From an uncultured Chitinophagaceae bacterium (GTDB lineage Bacteria > Bacteroidota > Ignavibacteria > UBA10030 > UBA8401), in NCBI GenBank assembly GCA_964367235.1, contig CAYIXI010000005.1, positions 507 through 60,328 on the forward strand: a stretch of 59,822 nucleotides of DNA. Direction: 5' to 3'. Shown here piece by piece: positions 48,220-57,479 of the stretch. The notes beneath the pieces were generated by a model. The model ran no database searches. It saw nothing but the letters and a program-made list of their open reading frames with translations, and was not told the origin of the DNA. Made by a program: the position numbers and the translations under genes. The number at the start of each line of letters is the position of its first letter. Position 1 is the stretch's first letter.

Positions 48220-49485
48220 TTATTTTAGTCGGTGCAGTAAATCCCAGATTGGAGTAACAAGTCGGTAATCGCCAAAACCAGTTTCATCAACAAAAACTAA
48301 TTGACGATTAAATTCATAATAAGTCCAAATCTCATACGGTTTAGAATTCATTTCAAACGGATGTCGTTCAATATTATTTGGCATCCCAAAAATAATAAAT
48401 ACCATTCCCATATCTGTGCGCCAACCATCAGAATAGTGCGCAAAATGTTTGTTGGCATATTCAACTCTATAATAATATTCTTCAAAATATTCATTCACTT
48501 CTGTATCTTGGTTCGGATCTCTCTTTTTCCAAAAATCGTTAAATCTTTTTAATTTTTCTTCTTCCGTAATATTTCTTTCGGTAAGATTTTTGTACTCATC
48601 ATCTTTTGAAATATATTTTAGTTGACGAATCGCCAAATCAACATCTTTTATAATAATACTCGATGAACCATGTCGTGAAATTAATTTTTTAGAAATTTTG
48701 GCGCTATCTTTTTTTGTTTCGACAAAAAATTCCAATATATATTCCCCTATCGGCAATTGCGCATTTTCCATTCTTGCAATCCCCTGAATAGTACCAATTT
48801 TACAAGCTATTTTCTCAGTTTGCTCCTGTATTGCTTTTTCATCTTTACCACGAGTTTTAATTCGCAAAGTTAAACTATCGTCACAATTTTTAATGTACAC
48901 TTCGTAAAAAAATTGTAGTCCCAATTCCATCTCAGTTAAATTTGATGAAAGATTTGGCGATAAAGTTTTTTTGCCATTTTCCTCTCTTACACGATTAAGA
49001 TACATCAAATCGCTGATTTCGATTTTGTTTGAAATATAATTGCGAACTACTAATTGATTTTTTTTAACTGCAATTTTTCCTGTTTCATAATCTCGAAGTT
49101 TGATTTCTGTTTTATATTTTCCGGGAAAAACTTCAAAAGATCTTTGTGATAACTTAAATGTTTTTGCTCCAGTTGGCGAAATACTATTTGTTATAATCTC
49201 TTCGTCCCAAGATTTTTCTAAAACTACATTATCTTTTAAATCGAAAAATATTGCAATAACTTCAAAACGCGCTGTAAAAGTTTGTCCATGTTTTACAAAT
49301 CTGAGATTGTCATACGGAATCTGAACATACACATCAACGCGAGTTAATGTTGTGTCTTTGGATTTGAATGAAATAAATTCATTCTGAAAATCTGGGTTAC
49401 CAAGATCTTGATCTCGGAATGTACCTTGTTGAGATAAAAGAAAATTTACAATAAGTAAATTAAAAATAAATATTTTTTTTAACAC
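48220..49485 (-). CDS. GWxTD domain-containing secreted protein
   Basis: FWKKRDP, YYYRVEYAN, GWRTDMG, YEIWTY; GTG start. Confidence 0.9.
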   Translation of the reverse strand: MLKKIFIFNLLIVNFLLSQQGTFRDQDLGNPDFQNEFISFKSKDTTLTRVDVYVQIPYDNLRFVKHGQTFTARFEVIAIFFDLKDNVVLEKSWDEEIITNSISPTGAKTFKLSQRSFEVFPGKYKTEIKLRDYETGKIAVKKNQLVVRNYISNKIEISDLMYLNRVREENGKKTLSPNLSSNLTEMELGLQFFYEVYIKNCDDSLTLRIKTRGKDEKAIQEQTEKIACKIGTIQGIARMENAQLPIGEYILEFFVETKKDSAKISKKLISRHGSSSIIIKDVDLAIRQLKYISKDDEYKNLTERNITEEEKLKRFNDFWKKRDPNQDTEVNEYFEEYYYRVEYANKHFAHYSDGWRTDMGMVFIIFGMPNNIERHPFEMNSKPYEIWTYYEFNRQLVFVDETGFGDYRLVTPIWDLLHRLK

Positions 49486-50777
49486 TATATTTTTTCTCCA
49501 ATTAAATCGTATTCGCTCGCGCCAGTAACTTTAACTTTTATAAACTCACCAATATTTAATTTTTCTTTTGAACTGAATTTAATTGAGTTATCAATTTCCG
49601 GTGCATCAATTGCTGTTCGTCCAATGTATTTACCATTTGTCTTAACTTCAACAACTGCCTCAACTAATGAACCAATTCGTCCCTCATTTTTTTTCTTTGA
49701 AATACTCTGCTGTATTTTTAAAAGATAATCTTTTCTTGCCTCTTTCTCTTTTTGCGGAATCGGATCTTCTAAATTGAATGCAAAAGTTTCATCTTCCTGC
49801 GAATATGTAAAAACACCAAGTCTGTCAAATTCCACTTCCCTCATAAAATCGGCAAGTATTTCAACATCTTTTTCGGTTTCGTTTGGATAACCCACTATCA
49901 AAGTAGTTCGCAAAGCAATATTTTTTATCTCTTTTTTTATTTTTGAAATCAATTCCTCGGTCGTTCTTCTGGTAATTCCTCTTCGCATAGATTTTAAAAC
50001 CGTGTCGCTTGCATGTTGAACTGGCATATCTAAATATTTACAAATATTTTCTTTCTCTGCAATTATTGGTAAAATATCTAAAGGAAATTTTGCAGGATAC
50101 GCATACATTAATCTTATCCATTTTAATTTTTCGATTGTTGAAAGAGAAGTTAAGAGCGATGAGAGTTTTCTTTTTCCGTACAAATCTAATCCATAATAAG
50201 TTGTGTCTTGACCGATTACAATTAATTCTTTTGTTCCACTCTTCACAAGATTTACAACCTCAATCATAATTTCTTCAATCGGTTTTGATTTGTGCGTTCC
50301 ACGCATTAGCGGAATTGCACAAAACGAACATGGATTGTCGCAACCTTCCGAAATTTTTAAATAGGAAAAATATTTTGGAGTTGATACAATTCTTTCTCCT
50401 AACAATTCTTTTTTATATTCTGCGCCAAGCGATTTTAATAACGATGGTAAATCGTGCGTGCCAAAATATTCATCAACTTCCGGGATTTCTTTTTGCAAAT
50501 CTTTTTTATATCGCTCAACCATGCAACCCATTACAAAAACAGATTCGATTTTCTTTTTCTTTTTTAATTTTATTGTTTCAAGAATAGTTTCTATTGACTG
50601 AGTTTTTGATGCTTCAATAAAACCACAAGTATTAATTACCGCGACATCTGCATCTAAAATATTTTGAGTAACTTTTATATTGTTTCCACGCAATTGCGCT
50701 TCGAGCACTTCGGAGTCGACTGTGTTTTTTGCACAACCAAGTGTAATTATGTGAATTGATTTTGGTTTACTTCGCAT
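49485..50777 (-). CDS. rimO: Ribosomal protein S12 methylthiotransferase RimO
   Basis: TLGCAKN, NTCGFI, CDNPCSFC radical SAM motif, DAPEID TRAM domain. Confidence 0.96.
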   Translation of the reverse strand: MRSKPKSIHIITLGCAKNTVDSEVLEAQLRGNNIKVTQNILDADVAVINTCGFIEASKTQSIETILETIKLKKKKKIESVFVMGCMVERYKKDLQKEIPEVDEYFGTHDLPSLLKSLGAEYKKELLGERIVSTPKYFSYLKISEGCDNPCSFCAIPLMRGTHKSKPIEEIMIEVVNLVKSGTKELIVIGQDTTYYGLDLYGKRKLSSLLTSLSTIEKLKWIRLMYAYPAKFPLDILPIIAEKENICKYLDMPVQHASDTVLKSMRRGITRRTTEELISKIKKEIKNIALRTTLIVGYPNETEKDVEILADFMREVEFDRLGVFTYSQEDETFAFNLEDPIPQKEKEARKDYLLKIQQSISKKKNEGRIGSLVEAVVEVKTNGKYIGRTAIDAPEIDNSIKFSSKEKLNIGEFIKVKVTGASEYDLIGEKI

Positions 50778-51586
50778 TAATTTTCTTTTAATAAATTTAC
50801 ACTAAATGTATCTATCGCGGCTGAGCCAAAAACACCTATGGCGCCATTTAATTTATAACTAATTTCTTTTAAATCTGTGCCGCCAGAATTTAGTTGCATC
50901 AAATAATTTTTATAATTTTCATCAACTGCAAGAATTGAAACCACCTGCCTTCCGTAATAATTAAAAAAGAACCACGGAATATTGAATTCGTTTTTTCCGA
51001 AAAGATTAAAAATAAAATTTGTTGGCTCAGGTTTTTTCACTTCAGCACTATTTGGTCTGTTAAAATCTTTCGGAATTAAAAACGCATCCGTGGTATCCAA
51101 ACTCTTAATTGATATAATATAATCAAGGTAATTCTTGCTTCTCGTCCATTTTAATTGCAACAATCCATTTTTGTAAATCATAGGCGATGGAAATTTTTGC
51201 GTAAAACTTAAAGTCTCTGGCACAATTGTTGAGCCCGAAATCTGTTTTCCATCAACGCTAATTTGTATTTCATATTTTTTGTTTGATATTATTTTGTAAT
51301 TCGTATCGGCATTGAAATAATATCCGTGTCGTCTCGGATCATTTTTTAATTCAATAATTTTATTGCCTTCAATAATTTTTATTGTTGCATTATTGATGGA
51401 ATACGCTTCGTCTGTATAAAATACATCAATCGGTGCCGTTCTTCTTAAAATTAAACTATCAATCGGTCTTTGCGATATTAAATATCCTTGCAAAACAAAT
51501 TGATCGGAAAATGCTCCCGGTCCACTTAAATCCTCACAACTTGCAAAAATAAATATTGTCAATATAAATAAAATAATATTTTTCAT
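50777..51586 (-). CDS. DUF4249-like lipoprotein
   Basis: Lipobox FASC, C-terminal GAIGVFGS; follows a TonB-dependent receptor. Confidence 0.7.
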   Translation of the reverse strand: MKNIILFILTIFIFASCEDLSGPGAFSDQFVLQGYLISQRPIDSLILRRTAPIDVFYTDEAYSINNATIKIIEGNKIIELKNDPRRHGYYFNADTNYKIISNKKYEIQISVDGKQISGSTIVPETLSFTQKFPSPMIYKNGLLQLKWTRSKNYLDYIISIKSLDTTDAFLIPKDFNRPNSAEVKKPEPTNFIFNLFGKNEFNIPWFFFNYYGRQVVSILAVDENYKNYLMQLNSGGTDLKEISYKLNGAIGVFGSAAIDTFSVNLLKEN

Positions 51587-51589
51587 AAT

Positions 51590-53812
51590 TTAAAATTTAA
51601 ATTCCATTCCAATCGTTGGCAAGATAGGAATTAATCTCACATCTGTAATCTTTACAGGATTTTCACTTGTATCGTAATCTTTGAACCAAACATTTCTGTG
51701 ATTGTAAAGATTATAAATTTGTACATACCAACTTCCTTTGTATCCAAAAAAAGTTTTTTGTTTTGTAAATCCAATATCTAAACGATGATACGGTTCCAAT
51801 CGTCTGTTGTATCTTTCTGTTGCAAGTATGTTTTCAAATCTTCTTTCAAGTGTTGAAAGACTATATCTGCCATTGCCAACTGTAAAAGTTTGTCCCGATG
51901 CGTAAGAAAATATCATTCCAAAAGTTAAATCCTCGCTGAAATTATAATTCAGCGCAACGGAGATGTCGTGTCTTCTATCGTATTTAGGATAAAATTCATT
52001 TCCGAAATTTATTTCATCAAATTTTCTTTTTGTCCAAGCCAGAGTGTAACCAACAAATCCTGTAATCTCACCAAGTTTTTTTTGCGTAAATATTTCAAAT
52101 CCGTAAGCGCTTCCATTTCCATAATAAAATAATTTATTTATCTCAAATGTTCGCTCTCTCTGATTTTTAAACTCCAAAGTATTTGAATATTTTTTATAAT
52201 AAAGTTCTAAATTAAATTCAATATCATCTATTGGATTTGTTTCAAATGAAAAAACATAATCTATTGCGTTTGCAGGTTTCATCTTTTCATCAATCGGTAC
52301 CCACATATCAAAAAACGAAAATCCCTCCGAACCAACCAATTGCATATATTGATGATAAATTCCAGTTGAGAATTTAATCGCAAACTGATCCGAAATATTT
52401 CTCCTCACGGAAAATCTCGGATTAAAATCAAAATTTTTTGTTGCAGAATTATACTCTGCTCTCAATCCTGCTCGAAAACTCCAAAACGCAGAATAGATCC
52501 AATCATCCTGTAAATAAAGGGATAAATGAGTTGGGGTAAAATTTAAATCGTAAAATATATTTCCAGAAAATTCTCGGTAAACTTTGAAATCGTAATTACT
52601 CCACCAAAATCCTATTTTAACTAAATGTTCGTTAGTTGCATAAAAATCAAAATCTCCTTTGAACGAAATATCTTTTATGTAATTTTGAAATAAAAACTCC
52701 GAACCAACTGCGCCACCCTTTAGCGATGTATTAAAATTACTCTGAGTTAAAATAAAATTTGAAAACATTATTGGAGAAAAAATATGTGTCCACTTTAAAG
52801 ATGAAGTTGAATTGCCCCACCACAAATTCAAATTAGTTCCTTCTCCTATTTTAAAATTTAAATTATCTTTTCCGAGATAACCTGAAATTGATAATTTATC
52901 ATTTTCAGAAATATCAAAATTTATTTTTCCATTTCCATCGTAAAAATAATAAAGTGGTACCGGAAATTCACCTTCATCTAAATTTGCGAGAGAAATAATT
53001 TGGTCCAAATAAGTTCTTCGCCACGAAAGAAACCACGAACCCCATTTGATTGGTCCTTCAATTGTAAATCGGCTACTTATCATTCCAAGAGAAACTTTTC
53101 CATTTGTTTCATTTCTGTTTCCATCTTTATTCGTAACATTTAAAACTGCCGAGAGTCTTCCACCAAACTCTGCTGGCAATCCTCCTTTTATTAATTCAAT
53201 ATCTTTTACTGCATCACTATTAAATGTGCTGAAAAATCCGAAAAGATGAGATGGATTGTACACAACTGTTCCATCAAGTAAAATTAAATTTTGATCTGGG
53301 CTTCCTCCTCGAACATAAAGTCCACTTGAAATTTCTGAAGAAGATTTTACTCCCGGCATCATTTGTAATAATCTAAAAACATCTAACTCACCAACTACTG
53401 GAAGTTTTTGTAAATCTTTTATTTGAATTACAATTCGGCTGGATTGAGTTGTGATTTTTCGTTCTGCAATATCTGCCGAAATTACAACTTCGTCTAATTT
53501 TAAATCTTCAGCAGATAGTAAAACATTTAGTTTTTCATCTTTCAATAAATCAACTTGTATTATTTTATTTGCATATCCGATGATTGAAAATTTAATTTGA
53601 TGTTTACCAATAGGAATTTTTGGAATGGCAAAATATCCATAACTATTAGTTGATGCACCAATATTTAAACCAACAATTGATACATTTACGAACGGTAATA
53701 CTTCACCATCTTTTTTATCTTTTGTATATCCACTAATTGAAAATGTTTCTTGCGAAAATAAATTATCACAAAAAAATATTATCGCAAAAAAAAATAATCT
53801 ACTTAATTTCAT
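51590..53812 (-). CDS. TonB-dependent receptor with N-terminal carboxypeptidase-regulatory-like domain
   Basis: STNSYGYF, VRGGSPDQNLILLDG, HLFGFFS, GGRLSAVL, YHRLD, terminal Phe. Confidence 0.93.
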   Translation of the reverse strand: MKLSRLFFFAIIFFCDNLFSQETFSISGYTKDKKDGEVLPFVNVSIVGLNIGASTNSYGYFAIPKIPIGKHQIKFSIIGYANKIIQVDLLKDEKLNVLLSAEDLKLDEVVISADIAERKITTQSSRIVIQIKDLQKLPVVGELDVFRLLQMMPGVKSSSEISSGLYVRGGSPDQNLILLDGTVVYNPSHLFGFFSTFNSDAVKDIELIKGGLPAEFGGRLSAVLNVTNKDGNRNETNGKVSLGMISSRFTIEGPIKWGSWFLSWRRTYLDQIISLANLDEGEFPVPLYYFYDGNGKINFDISENDKLSISGYLGKDNLNFKIGEGTNLNLWWGNSTSSLKWTHIFSPIMFSNFILTQSNFNTSLKGGAVGSEFLFQNYIKDISFKGDFDFYATNEHLVKIGFWWSNYDFKVYREFSGNIFYDLNFTPTHLSLYLQDDWIYSAFWSFRAGLRAEYNSATKNFDFNPRFSVRRNISDQFAIKFSTGIYHQYMQLVGSEGFSFFDMWVPIDEKMKPANAIDYVFSFETNPIDDIEFNLELYYKKYSNTLEFKNQRERTFEINKLFYYGNGSAYGFEIFTQKKLGEITGFVGYTLAWTKRKFDEINFGNEFYPKYDRRHDISVALNYNFSEDLTFGMIFSYASGQTFTVGNGRYSLSTLERRFENILATERYNRRLEPYHRLDIGFTKQKTFFGYKGSWYVQIYNLYNHRNVWFKDYDTSENPVKITDVRLIPILPTIGMEFKF

Positions 53813-54855
53813 CCTCTTTCATATAAATATTTTGACGATTCAATCCTCGCGCCTTTCTCATCATTAACCATAAATTTTACGCCACTCCAAAGCGATCCGC
53901 AACCATATTTTCCATCTTTATTAATTGCGTAAAATTGTAAATCAAAATTTGGTTTTTTATCATCGCGAAGCAATCTTTTTTCCTTTGTGTGTTTTGCAAT
54001 TCTTTCGCAAGTAAGTAAGCATGCATCTTCTGGCGATTTTCCTTGTCTCATAAATTCGACTATCATAAAGCTGGAACAGTTGGCTAAATTTGCTTCGCCT
54101 CGTCCGGTTGAACCTGCCGCGCCAATTTCGTTATCAACATAAAGTCCTGCGCCAATTATTGGCGAGTCACCAACGCGTCCCGGAATTTTCCACGACAAGC
54201 CGCTTGTTGTTGTAACGCCGGAAATATTTCCCATCAAATCCAAACCTAAACAATTTATTGTTCCATAAGTTTGCATTACATTTTTTAAACCTTCGCCGAT
54301 ATCTTTATCATTGATTGAATGTGGTGGTAAATAATCATCTTCGGTGCTCATATTTTCTCGCCACTTAACCCATTCCTTTCGTGCCTCTTCAGTCAAAAGA
54401 TTCATTTCCTGAAATCCGTGCATGCGAGCAAATTTTAATGCACCTTCTCCGACAATTAAAACATGATCAGTTCTTTCCAAAACTAATTTTGCAACGAGCG
54501 ATGGATTTTTTATATTTCGAAGTGCCGCTACTGCGCCTGCACGATGTGTTGGTCCGTGCATTACCGATGAATCGAGCTCAACAATTCCATCCATATTTGG
54601 TAAACCGCCATATCCAACCGACATATCATTTGGGTCGTCTTCAACTATATTTACTCCCGCTACAACTGCATCAAGCGCATCGCTTCCTTTTTTGATTAAA
54701 TCGTATGCTTTTTTTACAGCTTCGATATTATTTGCACTTGCAATTACAATTGGTTGTGGGGTTTTTGATGTTGGCGATGAAAGCAGTTCGTTTGAAAATA
54801 AAGAACTTGCCGCACCAACCATTGCAGTTTTTGAAATAAAATCTCTTCTATTCAT
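53809..54855 (-). CDS. N4-(beta-N-acetylglucosaminyl)-L-asparaginase (Ntn hydrolase), Tat-exported
   Basis: NRRDFI Tat motif, SVGYGGLP, GTI nucleophile site, GRVGDSPIIGAG, TGRGE. Confidence 0.9.
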   Translation of the reverse strand: MNRRDFISKTAMVGAASSLFSNELLSSPTSKTPQPIVIASANNIEAVKKAYDLIKKGSDALDAVVAGVNIVEDDPNDMSVGYGGLPNMDGIVELDSSVMHGPTHRAGAVAALRNIKNPSLVAKLVLERTDHVLIVGEGALKFARMHGFQEMNLLTEEARKEWVKWRENMSTEDDYLPPHSINDKDIGEGLKNVMQTYGTINCLGLDLMGNISGVTTTSGLSWKIPGRVGDSPIIGAGLYVDNEIGAAGSTGRGEANLANCSSFMIVEFMRQGKSPEDACLLTCERIAKHTKEKRLLRDDKKPNFDLQFYAINKDGKYGCGSLWSGVKFMVNDEKGARIESSKYLYERG

Positions 54856-54975
54856 TTTGAAATCCTTTCAATTAATTATGTGTAAATGTAAAATATTATT
54901 TTTGAAATTGCTATTACAGTTATCAATAAACAATTATTCCACTCACCGTGTTAAGTCCGTTGGATAATAAAATAG

Positions 54976-55015
54976 AAAAATCCCAATCTATATTTCGAAA
55001 GGGATTTTTTTTTTT
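54976..55015. terminator. Terminator-like hairpin
   Basis: AAAAATCCC...GGGATTTTT plus T run; long loop. Confidence 0.5.
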
Positions 55016-55017
55016 AG

Positions 55018-55137
55018 TAACCCCGAGATTTATCTCGGGGTTAAAACTAAAAATAATTTCGGCTTTAGCCACATTGTTTTGGACTAAAGTCCGAGAGAAT
55101 GTGTGAGACTCTAAACCCCAGACTAAAGTCTGGGGTT
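55018..55137. repeat. REP-like cluster (GGCTAAAGCC family), second locus
   Basis: TAACCCCGAGATTTATCTCGGGGTTA, GGCTTTAGCC, GGACTAAAGTCC, AACCCCAGACTAAAGTCTGGGGTT. Confidence 0.75.
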
Positions 55138-55158
55138 ATTAATTTTCTCTCCTCGGTG

Positions 55159-55199
55159 GTGACTGAGTAATTCGCTAACAGCGAATGTATCAAAGTCAC
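55159..55199. repeat. REP-like palindrome GTGACTGAG...ATCAAAGTCAC with internal hairpin
   Basis: Layout as at 35094 and 39790; internal ATTCGCT-aac-AGCGAAT. Confidence 0.55.
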
Positions 55200-55210
55200 T
55201 TTGAGATTAA

Positions 55211-56713
55211 TCATTTCATCAAAATCATCTTTTTAATTTCTGTTTGTCCCAAAGGGATGCCTTTGGCATTGTTGCTTGCAAGTTTGTCCGAATGGATCGC
55301 TATGCGATAATAATAAATTCCACTTGTTAGCCCGCCAGTTTTTTGGTGGGGTAAGTTTGAAGCATTAAAATTTATCTGTTGCGGTTCGTTTGCATTTACA
55401 ATTCTATCAGCAAGTGTTGCAATTTCTTTTCCTAAAACATCGTACACTTTTAAAGTTACTTCCCCACTTTTTGCTAATTGATAATTGATTATTGTTTCAT
55501 TGTTAAAAGGATTTGGATAATTTTGATAAAGTTTAAAATCCATTTGCGATTTGGATTTACTTTTAACATTTGTAGTTTTATATGGGAAAATATTTTCTAA
55601 AATTAAATCTATATTCGCTCGCCACAATCCCCAACTATGTCCTTCGGGGAGTTCACGAGAAATAAAATTATATCCTTTTGTGTTTAAGATGTCTCTAAAA
55701 TTTCTCATATTTTGAAAAAGAGATTCATAAGAACCCCAAACCGAAACAATTTTAATATTTTTCTTTTCTGCGCTGATAAATAAATTGTATGCTTCGTAAT
55801 TATTTGATTGAAAAGCGCCAGAGTGAATTCCAAGATTTCCAAAAATGTTTGAATAATTATAACTAATCAAAGCGGAAATATTTCCTCCGTACGATGCACC
55901 CAAAACAAGTCGCTTACTATTTTGATTAATTGTGCGGTAATTATTTTCGATAAAAGGAACCAACTCATCAACAAAAAATTTTATGTATTGATTTCTTTTT
56001 CCGCCAGCATATTCATCATTTCGATTATTTGGTTTAACAAAAACTGCAATCACTTCTTCAATTTTCAAACTGTCAATTAAATTATCTAAAACTAAATTTG
56101 CAGAAGCGAGCGAAACATATTCCGAGCCATCTTGAAAATAAACAGTTGGATATTTTCTTGTATTGTTTTGACTGTAACTCGGTGGCAAATAAATTTGCAA
56201 TTGATGAGTTGCGGCTAAATTTATACTTGCAATAGTTTTATTTTCAATTGTACCGTGCGCGATATTTGGTCGGTTGATAATTTCCCATGGCTGAATATAA
56301 TTTAGCATTGAAAGTTCGCTGTTCGGTCCAAATCCGCCGTAGCAATAATTTGGATTAAGAGGATCTAAAATCCAATTACTTCCGTTTAAAATAAATTTGT
56401 AATCCAATCTCGCATTGGCTTCAAAATTTTTTGATAAATAAAATAAATTTGTGCCACTTAAATTTGTAAGATTTAACATTGCACTCCATCCATTAAAATC
56501 ACCAGCAACAGAAACTGAATTTGCGCTACCACGATAAATAAAAATTGCAAAATTATTTTCAATCAAAGGAAACTTGTTGGCAACAATAAAGCTATCAATA
56601 GTTGAAGATTTTATGCTTAAATCGTTAATCAGATTAACTCTTAAAATAAAATTATTGAAATTTGTTTGAGAATAAATTTGAATGGCGAAAAAGATAATCA
56701 ATAATTTTTTCAT
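55211..56713 (-). CDS. Secreted alpha/beta-hydrolase esterase with N-terminal CBM48/E-set-like domain and T9SS type A sorting domain
   Basis: SVAGDFNGW, YKFILNG.WILDP.NP, GASYG nucleophile elbow, EGHSW, YQNYPNPFN...VYDVLGKEI...SGIYYY...KKMILMK. Confidence 0.9.
   Translation of the reverse strand: MKKLLIIFFAIQIYSQTNFNNFILRVNLINDLSIKSSTIDSFIVANKFPLIENNFAIFIYRGSANSVSVAGDFNGWSAMLNLTNLSGTNLFYLSKNFEANARLDYKFILNGSNWILDPLNPNYCYGGFGPNSELSMLNYIQPWEIINRPNIAHGTIENKTIASINLAATHQLQIYLPPSYSQNNTRKYPTVYFQDGSEYVSLASANLVLDNLIDSLKIEEVIAVFVKPNNRNDEYAGGKRNQYIKFFVDELVPFIENNYRTINQNSKRLVLGASYGGNISALISYNYSNIFGNLGIHSGAFQSNNYEAYNLFISAEKKNIKIVSVWGSYESLFQNMRNFRDILNTKGYNFISRELPEGHSWGLWRANIDLILENIFPYKTTNVKSKSKSQMDFKLYQNYPNPFNNETIINYQLAKSGEVTLKVYDVLGKEIATLADRIVNANEPQQINFNASNLPHQKTGGLTSGIYYYRIAIHSDKLASNNAKGIPLGQTEIKKMILMK
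55244..55270. repeat. 27-bp double-hairpin element, copy 2 (in-frame within CDS)
   Basis: TTGTCCCAAAGGGATGCCTTTGGCATT encodes NAKGIPLGQ on the minus strand. Confidence 0.85.
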
Positions 56714-56744
56714 AATTTTTTGTACATTGTGTTATTAAATATTT

Positions 56745-56815
56745 TGCCTCGTCGTCTAATGGCAGGACGGCAGACTCTGACTCTGCCTATCGAGGTTCGA
56801 ATCCTTGCGAGGCAG
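56745..56815 (+). tRNA. tRNA-Gln(CTG)
   Basis: Acceptor TGCCTCG/CGAGGCA, anticodon arm GCAGA-CTCTGAC-TCTGC, T loop TTCGAAT; CCA not encoded. Confidence 0.95.
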
Positions 56816-56842
56816 CAACCATTAACTTAATATAAACAAAAA

Positions 56843-57403
56843 ATGAAAAATTTATCAATCATAATTTTAACAATATTTTTTTCAAATCTTATGAATGCAC
56901 AAAATAATTTCTACTCAATTAAAGTAAAAGACATTGACGGAAAAGAATTTACTTTAGATGAGTATCGAGGTAAAACAATTTTAATTGTAAATGTTGCCAG
57001 CAAATGTGGATACACTCCGCAATACGAAGGATTAGAAAAACTTTACGAAAAATATAAATCTAAAGATTTTGTCGTTTTAGGTTTTCCATCAAATGATTTT
57101 TTGTGGCAAGAGCCCGCGGAGGAAAGAGCAATTAAAGAATTCTGCACTTTAAATTACGGAGTAACTTTCCCAATGTTTTCTAAAATTGAAGTTTTGGGTA
57201 AAGGTCAACATCCACTTTATAATTTTTTGACGCAAGAAAAAACAAATCCAAAATTTCACGGACGGATAACCTGGAATTTTAATAAATTTTTAATCGACAA
57301 AAATGGAAAAATTGTAAATCGATTTGATTCAAAAATTGAACCGCTCTCAAAAGAAATTGTCGAAGCTGTACAATTAACAATTTATCCGCCTAAGGCGGAT
57401 TAA
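56843..57403 (+). CDS. Glutathione peroxidase family protein (Cys type)
   Basis: NVASKCGYT (TGT codon), LGFPSNDF..QEP, WNFNKFLI. Confidence 0.93.
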   Translation: MKNLSIIILTIFFSNLMNAQNNFYSIKVKDIDGKEFTLDEYRGKTILIVNVASKCGYTPQYEGLEKLYEKYKSKDFVVLGFPSNDFLWQEPAEERAIKEFCTLNYGVTFPMFSKIEVLGKGQHPLYNFLTQEKTNPKFHGRITWNFNKFLIDKNGKIVNRFDSKIEPLSKEIVEAVQLTIYPPKAD

Positions 57404-57408
57404 CAGTT

Positions 57409-57435
57409 AATGCCAAAGGCATCTCTTCGGGACAA
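57409..57435. repeat. 27-bp double-hairpin element, copy 3 (inverted)
   Basis: AATGCCAAAGGCATCTCTTCGGGACAA. Confidence 0.85.
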
Positions 57436-57479
57436 TAAAAAATATTTTCAATAACTGTTAATTGATAACTGATAATTGT

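Noticed and set aside
56745-56815. tRNA-Gln or tRNA-Thr as an island integration site
   Set aside because: No duplicated tRNA 3' end noticed elsewhere in the window
57006-57008. Selenocysteine in the glutathione peroxidase
   Set aside because: The active-site codon is TGT (Cys)
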